Below, one piece after another: positions 53,535-61,754 of a DNA stretch of 64,000 nt (positions are counted from its first letter, which is position 1; each line of letters begins with the position of its first letter). The notes below the pieces were generated by a model. The model was not told where the DNA came from, did not search any database, and saw only the letters and a program-made list of their open reading frames with translations. Made by a program: the position numbers and the translations under genes. The DNA lies in NCBI GenBank assembly GCA_937946835.1, contig CALFAV010000026.1:39228-103227 (forward strand), written 5' to 3'. This DNA is from an uncultured Verrucomicrobiae bacterium. Its GTDB lineage: Bacteria; Verrucomicrobiota; Verrucomicrobiia; Limisphaerales; J093.

Positions 53535-55799
53535 TCAACCTCCGGTTGCCAGCGGCACCGCCAGCCGCCACCACGTGAGCCGCGAGGTGCGCGGCGCCTT
53601 GAACCGGGCCAGCGTCACCCCCGGCGGCGCCTGCCCGGGATCGCGGGCCAACACCACCCCCTGGCCGCGCCGCAGGACCTCGCCCAGCTCCAGCCCGGCG
53701 GGGTACACGAAACTCCGCGTGCCCGCCGTGGTCAGGCCCGTGGCGGCCGCGGCCCGACTGACAAATGTGGCTGCCAGCAGTGTATCCGTGGTCGGCTCCA
53801 GAAACTCGGTGTCGCCTCCCCCGAAAGCCCGCTGTCGGCGCTGCGCGGCCTGATAAATACGCGGGAACTGGGAATCGAGTTGTACGGCCAGGCTGCGTCC
53901 CCCCGGCGCATCCAACTCGACCACTCGGCGGGCGCCGGCGGCCAATTCGCCCACCGGATACACCTGCTGATCGGCCACCAGCACCACGTCGGCCAGCGCG
54001 TGGGGCAGGCGGTTCTGCAGGGTTACTGTGGCCCGACCCGCGGCGTTCCGGCCCGGTGTGGCGACCAGGGGAGCAGCGACGGTGGTTTGCCAGTCACTCA
54101 CCAGCAACAGGCTGCTCCAGACCGGCACGGCCACGCCGGCCTCGAAGCCCGTCGGCTGGAGCACGGCCTCGGTACGGGCACTTTCCTGCCCACCGGCAGC
54201 GGGACCGAGGAACTCACTGCGGAGGGTGGCACTGGGCAGTTCGCTGCCCAACCGGTATCGGACGTTGGCCGGCGAGTAAATCGAGGCGTAGGTCCGCCCG
54301 CGCAGCAGGGCCTGCTCGCCCTGGGGCAACACGTCCACCACGTGCAACTCGCTCCACTCGGTTTCGCCGGCGCGCAACCGGTAGCCGATGTAGTAAATCA
54401 ACAGCGAAAACAGCACCACGTAGGCCGGGAAGGTGACCCAGGTGAGCATCTGCCGGTTGATCTTTTTCAGGAACCACCGGTCGAAGGGGCCGATCACGCC
54501 CAGGTACACCACCAGCAGGGCCAGCAACCAGCCCACCGGCAGCTTGCGCACCTGGCGGGTCTGGATCATCGCCCCGTACACCGCGTCCAGACTCCAGCCG
54601 CCGTATAAATTGCGCGCCTGCTCGGTGAACCACTCCCCCGGCAGCTCGCACAGCCGCGCCCAAAACCACGCCCGGTGCGCCCAACTGCGGAAGGGCTCGC
54701 GCTCGGGGTTGAAGGTCAGCAGGGTCACCTGCCCGCGGCCGCGCGGCATCGTCACCACCAACGGCCGATCCCCGGCAGCCAGCCGCACCGTGCCTTCCCG
54801 CACCCGGGCGTGGAACACCGGCAGCTCGCCCCCCGCAAACCCGGCATCCGGCTGCAGCCGCTCGTACGGGTTGACGCCGGGTTGTGCCGTCGGGCGGGGC
54901 CGATTGGGCGCAATCGGAGCCGGGGCCGTTGGCCCCGGAACCCGGGGGGCCGGCGCGGCCAGGGTTAACCGACTGCCGGTCACCACCCACTGATGCAGCG
55001 CCGCGCCGGCACGGAGGGGCGTCAATTCCCCCCATTCCACCGGCAACAGGTCCGCCAGCCAGGGCGTGCCGGTCAGGTCGGTGAGCTGGTCCGGGGCCAC
55101 AATGAGGTGGCCGCCGCCCAGCACCCAGGCCACCAGGGCCTGCGCCTGGGGCACGCGCAACTCGGGCGCCCGGGCGCTGTTGAGATAGATCGCGTTGAGG
55201 CTCTCGAGGGCGATGGGATTTTCGGGGAATTGCTCCAGGGTCAGGCGCGCAACGGTGGGCTGTTGCTCGGGGCGGTTGTGGCCGGCCCGGGGGAAGGCGG
55301 GTTGGCCGCCGGGCGAGGCACCCAGGGCGCCCAGCAGGTAGGTTTCCCAGGCCAGCTCACGCGTGCGCAGCTCCTCGCGCCGGGCCTGCACGCGGCCCTT
55401 GGCATCGAGCAGACGCGCCTCCCAACTGGTGTAGCGCGCCCCGGCAAACATCGGGAAGGAAAAGCGCTTGCGGGTGTTGGTGGGCAACTCGAGGGCCAGC
55501 CGACGCACCTGGCCCCCGCCCAGTTGGCGGGAACTCAACTCGAACACCGCCTCAAAGCCGGGGCCATCGTTGAACACCTCGCAGGCCACGGGAAACCACC
55601 CGCCCTCGCGCACGATCCCATCACCCGCCCCGCTGCTGCCATAGCCGACGAACACGTCAAACTGCAGCTCCGCCCGGGCGCCGACCCCACCGGCAAGGAG
55701 CCACCCCAGAACGCAAACCAAGACCGGAAAGCGCCCCGACCCACGCCGGCAGCGCGGGCGGGCGGCTCCCCTGATCAGGCCTTGCAGAACCAAGCCCAT
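53535..55799 (-). CDS. Large membrane protein of unknown function (signal/anchor, ~400-aa external domain, 2 TM helices, ~270-aa second domain)
   Basis: MGLVLQGL...FPVLVCVLGWLLAGGVGARA. Central helices LPVGWLLALLVVYLGVIGPF and LTWVTFPAYVVLFSLLIYYIGY (nt ~54390-54552). It lies 71 nt upstream of the ABC ATPase gene. Confidence 0.65.
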   Translation of the reverse strand: MGLVLQGLIRGAARPRCRRGSGRFPVLVCVLGWLLAGGVGARAELQFDVFVGYGSSGAGDGIVREGGWFPVACEVFNDGPGFEAVFELSSRQLGGGQVRRLALELPTNTRKRFSFPMFAGARYTSWEARLLDAKGRVQARREELRTRELAWETYLLGALGASPGGQPAFPRAGHNRPEQQPTVARLTLEQFPENPIALESLNAIYLNSARAPELRVPQAQALVAWVLGGGHLIVAPDQLTDLTGTPWLADLLPVEWGELTPLRAGAALHQWVVTGSRLTLAAPAPRVPGPTAPAPIAPNRPRPTAQPGVNPYERLQPDAGFAGGELPVFHARVREGTVRLAAGDRPLVVTMPRGRGQVTLLTFNPEREPFRSWAHRAWFWARLCELPGEWFTEQARNLYGGWSLDAVYGAMIQTRQVRKLPVGWLLALLVVYLGVIGPFDRWFLKKINRQMLTWVTFPAYVVLFSLLIYYIGYRLRAGETEWSELHVVDVLPQGEQALLRGRTYASIYSPANVRYRLGSELPSATLRSEFLGPAAGGQESARTEAVLQPTGFEAGVAVPVWSSLLLVSDWQTTVAAPLVATPGRNAAGRATVTLQNRLPHALADVVLVADQQVYPVGELAAGARRVVELDAPGGRSLAVQLDSQFPRIYQAAQRRQRAFGGGDTEFLEPTTDTLLAATFVSRAAAATGLTTAGTRSFVYPAGLELGEVLRRGQGVVLARDPGQAPPGVTLARFKAPRTSRLTWWRLAVPLATGG

Positions 55800-56161
55800 G
55801 GTCTTGTCTAGCTAAGCCCGCCCGGACCGGGCCGACAACGTTGAAATGCGCCCGCCCGCGAAACCCGGCCGGCCGCCTGCTGGTGCCCTTCTTGCCCCTC
55901 ACGGCAGACAGGCAGTCCCAGCCGCCCGACATTGGCGGGGACGCCGGGCCCGGGCGCCTGCCTTTAGAGTGCGCCAGCTTGCGGGCGCCTTCCCTGGTAG
56001 GGCCGCGCGGCGTCGCGGATTGGTAATCCGCAGATGGCCGGCGAGACACCCGCCGCTACGGGGGCGGCAGCGAGTCCTCGCAGTTTTGGGGAGGAGAGGT
56101 GGGCAAGTAAGGTCGGCCGCTCCTGTTGGGAAGGATCTTTCCCGGCCGTTGGGCTGACCGG

Positions 56162-57241
56162 TCAGCGGCCAAAGTCAATTTCCCAGCGGGATTGCCCGCG
56201 CACGAACAGGCGCGCCGTGCGCCCGGCCAGCTTGTCGGTCTCGCGCCGGCGGGCGTTCGACCCGACCACCTGCGGGTACCAGCCGTCGGCCGGCAGGTCG
56301 CCGAGGATTTTCCGCGGGCGCGACCAGGCCGCGGGACTGGCCATGTCAGGGCAGAACGACACGTACACCCCTTCCTGGGTCCAGCGGAAATCCCGGGCGC
56401 GGTTGAGCAGCATCACGTACCGGCGCAGGTGGTGATTCCAGTGCACGGCCGGGCCCCAGAAGGCGTCGGCATCCGCGCGGTGCCAGTCCACGCGTGCCGG
56501 GAAAATCGGAGTGACCCGCCCGCCCCGGCCCGGCTCGGACCACGCGCCGGCGTGCCATTTCCAGACCCGGCCCACCGGGGCATCGCGGTCCGCCCAGGCC
56601 ATGCGTGCCACGGCCACGCCCTGTTCGGAAGGGTCGCCGGCGTAGGTGCTGAGGAAAAAGTAGAGCCAGCGTTGGCGGCGATCGAGCAGCACGCAGAAGT
56701 CGCCGTTCCCACCGGCGAAGTAGAAGTTTTTCGTGGCGCAGTTCAGGGTGCCCGGCCGCGCCTCGAGCACCACGCCCAGGTCCTCCCAGTGGGCGCCGTC
56801 GTCGCGCGAGCGCGCAGCGCCGATGCGCGGGGCGGTCAGGTGCGTGCCGGGGCAGAGGCCGGTGGGCTCGAAGTGGTACCAGCCGTACAAGGTGCCGTCG
56901 TCGGCCTTCCAGGTGGCCTCAATCCAGCGCCCGCCGTTGGTTTGGTTGTGGTATTCGGTTTTCAGGTACGTTTGGCCCAGGTGCAACAAGTCCGGGCCGC
57001 CGGCGCGCCAGGGATGCCCCGCCGAGTTGAACACGTAGAGCGTGGCGCCCGACCAGTGCAGCGGGCTGTTGCTGTCGGTCTCGCCGGGGCGGTCCGGGGC
57101 CGGGCGGTTGGCGCCGGGGAAGTAAATCGGGGGCGCGGGGCGGAGCGTAACCACCGGTTCCCGCGACAAGGTGCGACAGCCGGCACCGCTCAGCCCGAAA
57201 ACCAGCGCCAGCAGGGCCGGAAGGGCGGGGTGGGAGGACAT
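56162..57241 (-). CDS. Secreted or lipoprotein-like protein of unknown function (beta-rich, possibly propeller-fold glycosidase-like)
   Basis: Start ATG 57241 (MSSHPALPALLALVFGLSGAGC, an imperfect lipobox). W/Y/G-rich beta-type sequence. I recognise no named motif. Confidence 0.55.
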   Translation of the reverse strand: MSSHPALPALLALVFGLSGAGCRTLSREPVVTLRPAPPIYFPGANRPAPDRPGETDSNSPLHWSGATLYVFNSAGHPWRAGGPDLLHLGQTYLKTEYHNQTNGGRWIEATWKADDGTLYGWYHFEPTGLCPGTHLTAPRIGAARSRDDGAHWEDLGVVLEARPGTLNCATKNFYFAGGNGDFCVLLDRRQRWLYFFLSTYAGDPSEQGVAVARMAWADRDAPVGRVWKWHAGAWSEPGRGGRVTPIFPARVDWHRADADAFWGPAVHWNHHLRRYVMLLNRARDFRWTQEGVYVSFCPDMASPAAWSRPRKILGDLPADGWYPQVVGSNARRRETDKLAGRTARLFVRGQSRWEIDFGR

Positions 57242-57576
57242 GGCGCATCTAATAGCCCGGTCCCGAAAGGCCGACAAGCTGTTGTGGCCCCCGTTCGGCG
57301 GGCGTGGTCCGGCGGGGGTCGCGCCGCGGAAACCGAGCGGTTGCTTTGCCAGCCGGCTCTGCGCCTGTTCCGACAAACCCGCACTCCGGCACCGGTACCT
57401 GCAGGCTTGTCAGCTCAGCGGCGCGCGGTGTTTCCAAGCGGCTCATCCGGTCCGTGCCGGGGCGGGCGGGTGCCGGCTGCGGTGTTGCGATCCCGGGGCC
57501 GTGGAGCGGCTCCGAAACGCCGGGCTGGTCTCGGCTCCGTGCCTTGACTAGGCTGCGCCGCCGGCGAAACCAAACC

Positions 57577-59094
57577 ATGCCCATCCACCTGGCCACGGAC
57601 CTGACCCCCCGGCGACTGGTGCCGGCCATCGAGCGGCTGTTCGAACTGTCCGCCGCCAAAATCCTCAGTCTCGAAAAGACCTGGCGAAGTCGGGACGGAG
57701 CGCCGGTGTTCACGGTCAACGGCCGTTACACGGCGCGGGGTTGGACCGAATGGACCCGGGGGTTTCAGTACGGCGCGGCGTTGCTGCAGTTTGACGCCAC
57801 AGGTGAGCGGCGTTTCCTCGAACTGGGCCGGCGGGGCACGCGGGAGCGCCTGGCGCCGCACCTGACCCACACCGGCGTCCACGACCACGGCTTTAACAAC
57901 GTCTCCACCCACGGGAATCTGCTGCGCCTGGCGCGCGAGGAGCGGTTCGAGGCCGGCGACGGCGAGCGAGAGCTGTACGCGCTGGCGCTGAAGGTCAGCG
58001 GTGCCGTGCAGGCCGCGCGCTGGACCCGGCTGGCCGACGGCACCGGCTTCATCCACAGCTTCAACGGCCCGCACTCGCTGTTTGTGGACACGATCCGCTC
58101 GGGCCGCGTGCTGGCGCTGGGGCATCAACTGGGGCACGTCCTGATGGGCGAACAGGAGGCGCGCGTCTCGTTGCTGCGCCGGTTGGTCGAGCACGCGCAC
58201 AACACCGCCCGCTACAACGTGTACTACGGCGAGGGTCGCGACGCCTATGACGTGCCCGGCCGCGTGGCCCACGAGGCGGTGTTCAACGTCACCAGCGGCG
58301 TCTTCCGCTGCCCGAACACGCAGCAGGGTTGGTCGCCGTTCAGCACCTGGACCCGCGGGCTGGCCTGGGCGATTTGCGGCTTTGCCGAACTGCTGGAGTT
58401 CCTCCGGGCGGGTGGCGTCCGGCTCCGACGCGCGCTGGAAACGGAGGTCACGGAGGCGGGCGGGCCGGTCCCGGCGGCGGTGGAGGCCACGTGGCGCCGC
58501 GCGGCGATGGTCACGGCGGACTTTTACCTGGAGCATTGCTGCGCGGACGGCATCCCCATGTGGGACACCGGCGCGCCGAACCTGCATCGCCTGCCGGCGG
58601 GTTATTTGGACCGGCCGGCCGATCCTTTTAATGCCTGGGAGCCGGTGGACAGTTCGGCGGCGGCGATCGCTGCGCAGGGTCTGTGGCGGTTGAGCCGGTA
58701 TCTGGGAAAGGCGGCGCCGGCTCCCGCTGGCCGTCGGTTGCCCGCGCTCGACGATTCCCAGCCAACTGCCGAACACCGAAAGCCCAAGACCGATCGCCTG
58801 CGGGCATCTGCCCCGGCAGACCTCGCGGACAAGGGCCGTCGGTACCGGCAGGCCGCATTGACCATCGCCCGCACGCTGTTCGCCGAGCCGTATCTGAGCA
58901 CCTCGCCGCGGCATCAGGGGCTGATCCTGCACTCGGTGTATCATCGCCCCAACGGCTGGGACCACCTCCGGACCGGCCAGCGTGTGCCCAACGGGGAAAG
59001 CTCGATGTGGGGCGATTACCACGCCCGCGAACTGGCGCTGCTGCTGCTGCGCGAGGCGCGCGGGGAGCCGTATCTCAAGTTCTACCTCGACTGA
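57577..59094 (+). CDS. GH88-like unsaturated glucuronyl hydrolase family protein ((alpha/alpha)6 barrel)
   Basis: Start ATG 57577 (MPIHLATD...). WTEWTRGFQYG parallels the WTxGFWxG motif, VHDHGF parallels the catalytic HDLGF region, and the C-terminal MWGDYHARELALLLL parallels the GDYY..EAL ending of GH88/GH105 enzymes. Confidence 0.55.
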   Translation: MPIHLATDLTPRRLVPAIERLFELSAAKILSLEKTWRSRDGAPVFTVNGRYTARGWTEWTRGFQYGAALLQFDATGERRFLELGRRGTRERLAPHLTHTGVHDHGFNNVSTHGNLLRLAREERFEAGDGERELYALALKVSGAVQAARWTRLADGTGFIHSFNGPHSLFVDTIRSGRVLALGHQLGHVLMGEQEARVSLLRRLVEHAHNTARYNVYYGEGRDAYDVPGRVAHEAVFNVTSGVFRCPNTQQGWSPFSTWTRGLAWAICGFAELLEFLRAGGVRLRRALETEVTEAGGPVPAAVEATWRRAAMVTADFYLEHCCADGIPMWDTGAPNLHRLPAGYLDRPADPFNAWEPVDSSAAAIAAQGLWRLSRYLGKAAPAPAGRRLPALDDSQPTAEHRKPKTDRLRASAPADLADKGRRYRQAALTIARTLFAEPYLSTSPRHQGLILHSVYHRPNGWDHLRTGQRVPNGESSMWGDYHARELALLLLREARGEPYLKFYLD

Positions 59095-59097
59095 CCC

Positions 59098-60633
59098 ATG
59101 CCCGAATCCGTCGCTTACCCGCGCCCGGCCGGCTTCAAGTCCGCCGCCGCCTTCCGCGCGCATGTCGCCACGCTGGGGCTCGACCTGCCCTGTGACGATG
59201 CGATCCTCACCGGCGCGGCCTCCCCGTTGACCCGGCCGGTGGAAGGGCCGACCATCAACGGCAAGTCCCCCGCCAATCGCTGGGCCATTCAACCCATGGA
59301 GGGTTGGGATGGAACTCCCGCGGGCGGCGCCACCGACGAGGTGCGGCGACGCTGGCGGCGCTTCGGCGAAAGCGGCGCCGGCATCCTTGCCGGCGGCGAG
59401 GCGATGGCCGTGCGCTTCGACGGGCGGGCCAATCCGAATCAACTGGTCATCGGCCCGGCCACACGGCGCGACCTGACGGAACTGGTCTCCCTGGCCCGGG
59501 CGGCGCATCGCGAACGGTACGGCGCGGCCGCGGCGGACCGGTTGATCATCGGCTTTCAACTGACGCACTCGGGTCGGTTTTGCCGCCCGCGCGACAAGGC
59601 CCGGCCCGAGCCGCGCGTGGCCTTCCGGCATCCGCTGCTGGACCGGCGCTTCGGCGTGACCGGGGACGCGCAGGTGTTCAGTGACGATGATCTGGCGCGA
59701 TTGATCGAGGACTACGTGCGCGCCGCGCGTGTGGCCCGGGAGGCGGGCGCGGACTTTGTGGACCTCAAGCACTGCCACGGCTACCTGCTGCACGAACTGC
59801 TCGGCGCGCACACCCGGCCGGGACGGTACGGGGGCAGCTTCGAGAACCGCACCCGGTTCCTGCGCGAACTGGTGGCGGCCATTCGGGCCGACGGCAATCC
59901 GATTGATCTGGGCGTGCGGCTGAGCGCATTTGATTTCGTGCCCTTCCGGCCCGACCCGGCCCGGTCGGCACCGGGCAAGCCGGGCCCGGGCATTCCCGAG
60001 GATTATCGCGACTGCCTGCCGTACCGATATGGCTTTGGGGTCAATCCCGAGCACCCGCTGGAGCCGGACCTGAGCGAGCCCTTTCGCTTCGCGGTCCTGT
60101 GCCGGGAGCTGGGCATCAAGGTGCTGAACCTCAGTGCCGGCTCGCCCTACTACAACCCGCACATTCAACGGCCGGCGATGTATCCGCCCAGTGACGGCTA
60201 CCAGCCGCCGGAGGACCCCTTGGTGGGCGTGGCGCGACAAGTGGACGTGGTCCGGCGCGTGAAGCAGCACCTGGCGCAAAGCCGGGAGCCGCAGGCCGAA
60301 ACCGGGGGGCCGCTGCTCATCGGCTCGGCGTACTCGTACCTGCAGGAGTTCCTGCCCCTGGTGGCCCAGGCCGTGCTCCGCGCCGGGTGGGTGGACGTGG
60401 TGGGCCTGGGCCGCGCGGTGTTGAGTTATCCGACCATGCTCGCGGACGCGGTACAGGCCGGACGCCTGGAGACGCGCCAGATTTGCCGCACCTTCAGCGA
60501 CTGCACCACCGCGCCGCGCAACGGGCTGATCAGCGGCTGCTACCCGCTGGACCCGTTTTACGCGCGCCGACCGGAAGCGCAGGTGCTCCAGGCGCTCAAA
60601 CGCGGGCGGGGAAGTCAGGGCGGTGAGCCGTGA
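59098..60633 (+). CDS. NADH:flavin oxidoreductase, Old Yellow Enzyme family (long form)
   Basis: FVDLKHCHGYLLHELLGAHTRPGRYGGSFENRTRFLRELV matches the OYE core (H-x-x-H-G-Y-L-L ... R-x-D-x-YGGS-x-ENR-x-RF). The start lies 4 nt after the GH88-like stop. Confidence 0.75.
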   Translation: MPESVAYPRPAGFKSAAAFRAHVATLGLDLPCDDAILTGAASPLTRPVEGPTINGKSPANRWAIQPMEGWDGTPAGGATDEVRRRWRRFGESGAGILAGGEAMAVRFDGRANPNQLVIGPATRRDLTELVSLARAAHRERYGAAAADRLIIGFQLTHSGRFCRPRDKARPEPRVAFRHPLLDRRFGVTGDAQVFSDDDLARLIEDYVRAARVAREAGADFVDLKHCHGYLLHELLGAHTRPGRYGGSFENRTRFLRELVAAIRADGNPIDLGVRLSAFDFVPFRPDPARSAPGKPGPGIPEDYRDCLPYRYGFGVNPEHPLEPDLSEPFRFAVLCRELGIKVLNLSAGSPYYNPHIQRPAMYPPSDGYQPPEDPLVGVARQVDVVRRVKQHLAQSREPQAETGGPLLIGSAYSYLQEFLPLVAQAVLRAGWVDVVGLGRAVLSYPTMLADAVQAGRLETRQICRTFSDCTTAPRNGLISGCYPLDPFYARRPEAQVLQALKRGRGSQGGEP

Positions 60634-60791
60634 CCGGTTGTTGGGCGCCGGGTTTTGGTTAAAGACGGCGGCCTGTTCTTCCCTGCGCTGGACGTGGAGT
60701 TTGTCGAAGGACGCGTTCGCCAAGTTCGGACCTTGAGTTTGCCGGGCGCGGGCTTGCCAGCAGGGTGGGTGCTCCCTACCTTGGCCGCTTT

Positions 60792-61721
60792 ATGGAAAAG
60801 GTCGTCATCATCGGGACCGGCTGCGCCGGGCTGACCGCCGCCATTTACACCGCGCGCGCCAACCTCACCCCGCTGGTTCTCACCGGCACGCTCCCGGGCG
60901 GGCTGCTGACCACCACCAGCATCGTCGAGAACTTCCCCGGGTTCCCGGAGGGCGTGGACGGCACGGAGCTGATGCTGCGGATGCAGCAACAGGCCGAAAA
61001 GTTCGGCGCCCGCATCCGGTTTGGCACGGTCGAAGCCGTGGACCTGAGCCGGCAGCCCTACACCCTCACGGTGGACGGCGAACCGGTGCAGACGCAGACG
61101 ATCATCATCGCCAGCGGCGCCAGCCCTCGTCACCTGGGCCTGGAGAGCGAGCACCGGCTCGAGAAAAAGGGCGTCACCTACTGCGCCACGTGCGACGGGG
61201 CGCTGCCGGTGTTCCGCAACCAGCCGCTGGTGGTGGTTGGCGGCGGTGATTCCGCCGCCGAGGAGGCCCTGTACCTGACCCGCTTCGGCTCGGTGGTGTA
61301 CCTGGTGCATCGCCGCGACCAGTTGCGCGCCTCGAAGATCATGGCCGAGCGCGTGCTGGCACACCCCAAGATCAAGCCGGTCTGGGACTCGGTGGTCACT
61401 GAAATCCTGGACGTGCAGCAGGACAAGGTCACCGGCGTGCGGCTCAAAAACCTCAAGACCGGGACCGAATCCGAGCTGGCCTGCGCGGGGGTGTTCATCG
61501 CCATCGGGCACGTGCCCAACACGGCCCTGTTCCGCGGGGTGATGGACATGGACGAGGCCGGCTACATCCGCCCGCGCCAGGGCACCGCCACCAACGTGCC
61601 CGGCGTGTTTGTGGCCGGTGATTGCGCGGACCGCGTGTACCGGCAGGCGGTCACCGCCGCGGGCATGGGCTGCGCGGCGGCCATTGATGCCGAGCGTTAC
61701 CTGGCCGCGCAAAACGCGTGA
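60792..61721 (+). CDS. trxB: Thioredoxin-disulfide reductase
   Basis: Start ATG 60792 (MEKVVIIGTGCAGLTAAIY). Redox motif CATCDG, NADPH fold VVVGGGDSAAEEALYL, C-terminal FVAGDC...RQAVTAAGMGCAAAIDAERYL. Confidence 0.9.
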   Translation: MEKVVIIGTGCAGLTAAIYTARANLTPLVLTGTLPGGLLTTTSIVENFPGFPEGVDGTELMLRMQQQAEKFGARIRFGTVEAVDLSRQPYTLTVDGEPVQTQTIIIASGASPRHLGLESEHRLEKKGVTYCATCDGALPVFRNQPLVVVGGGDSAAEEALYLTRFGSVVYLVHRRDQLRASKIMAERVLAHPKIKPVWDSVVTEILDVQQDKVTGVRLKNLKTGTESELACAGVFIAIGHVPNTALFRGVMDMDEAGYIRPRQGTATNVPGVFVAGDCADRVYRQAVTAAGMGCAAAIDAERYLAAQNA

Positions 61722-61754
61722 CCGGCCCCGCCCTCACGGACCGACCGGGACCTT

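Noticed and set aside
56015-56031. tRNA-like anticodon stem-loop gcgga-TTGGTAA-tccgc (would be tRNA-Thr GGU)
   Set aside because: The flanks do not fold into a cloverleaf. The T-loop position lacks TTC(G/A)A, the candidate T stem has a mismatch, and the position-1-7 sequence (cttccct) is not complementary to the 3' acceptor candidate (cgctacg). On the other strand the anticodon would be ACC, which is not normally used.
57415-60723. 1102-aa minus-strand ORF spanning two plus-strand genes
   Set aside because: It runs antisense across the GH88-like and OYE-like genes, including their junction, and its translation is Arg/Gly/Pro junk. It is a shadow ORF.
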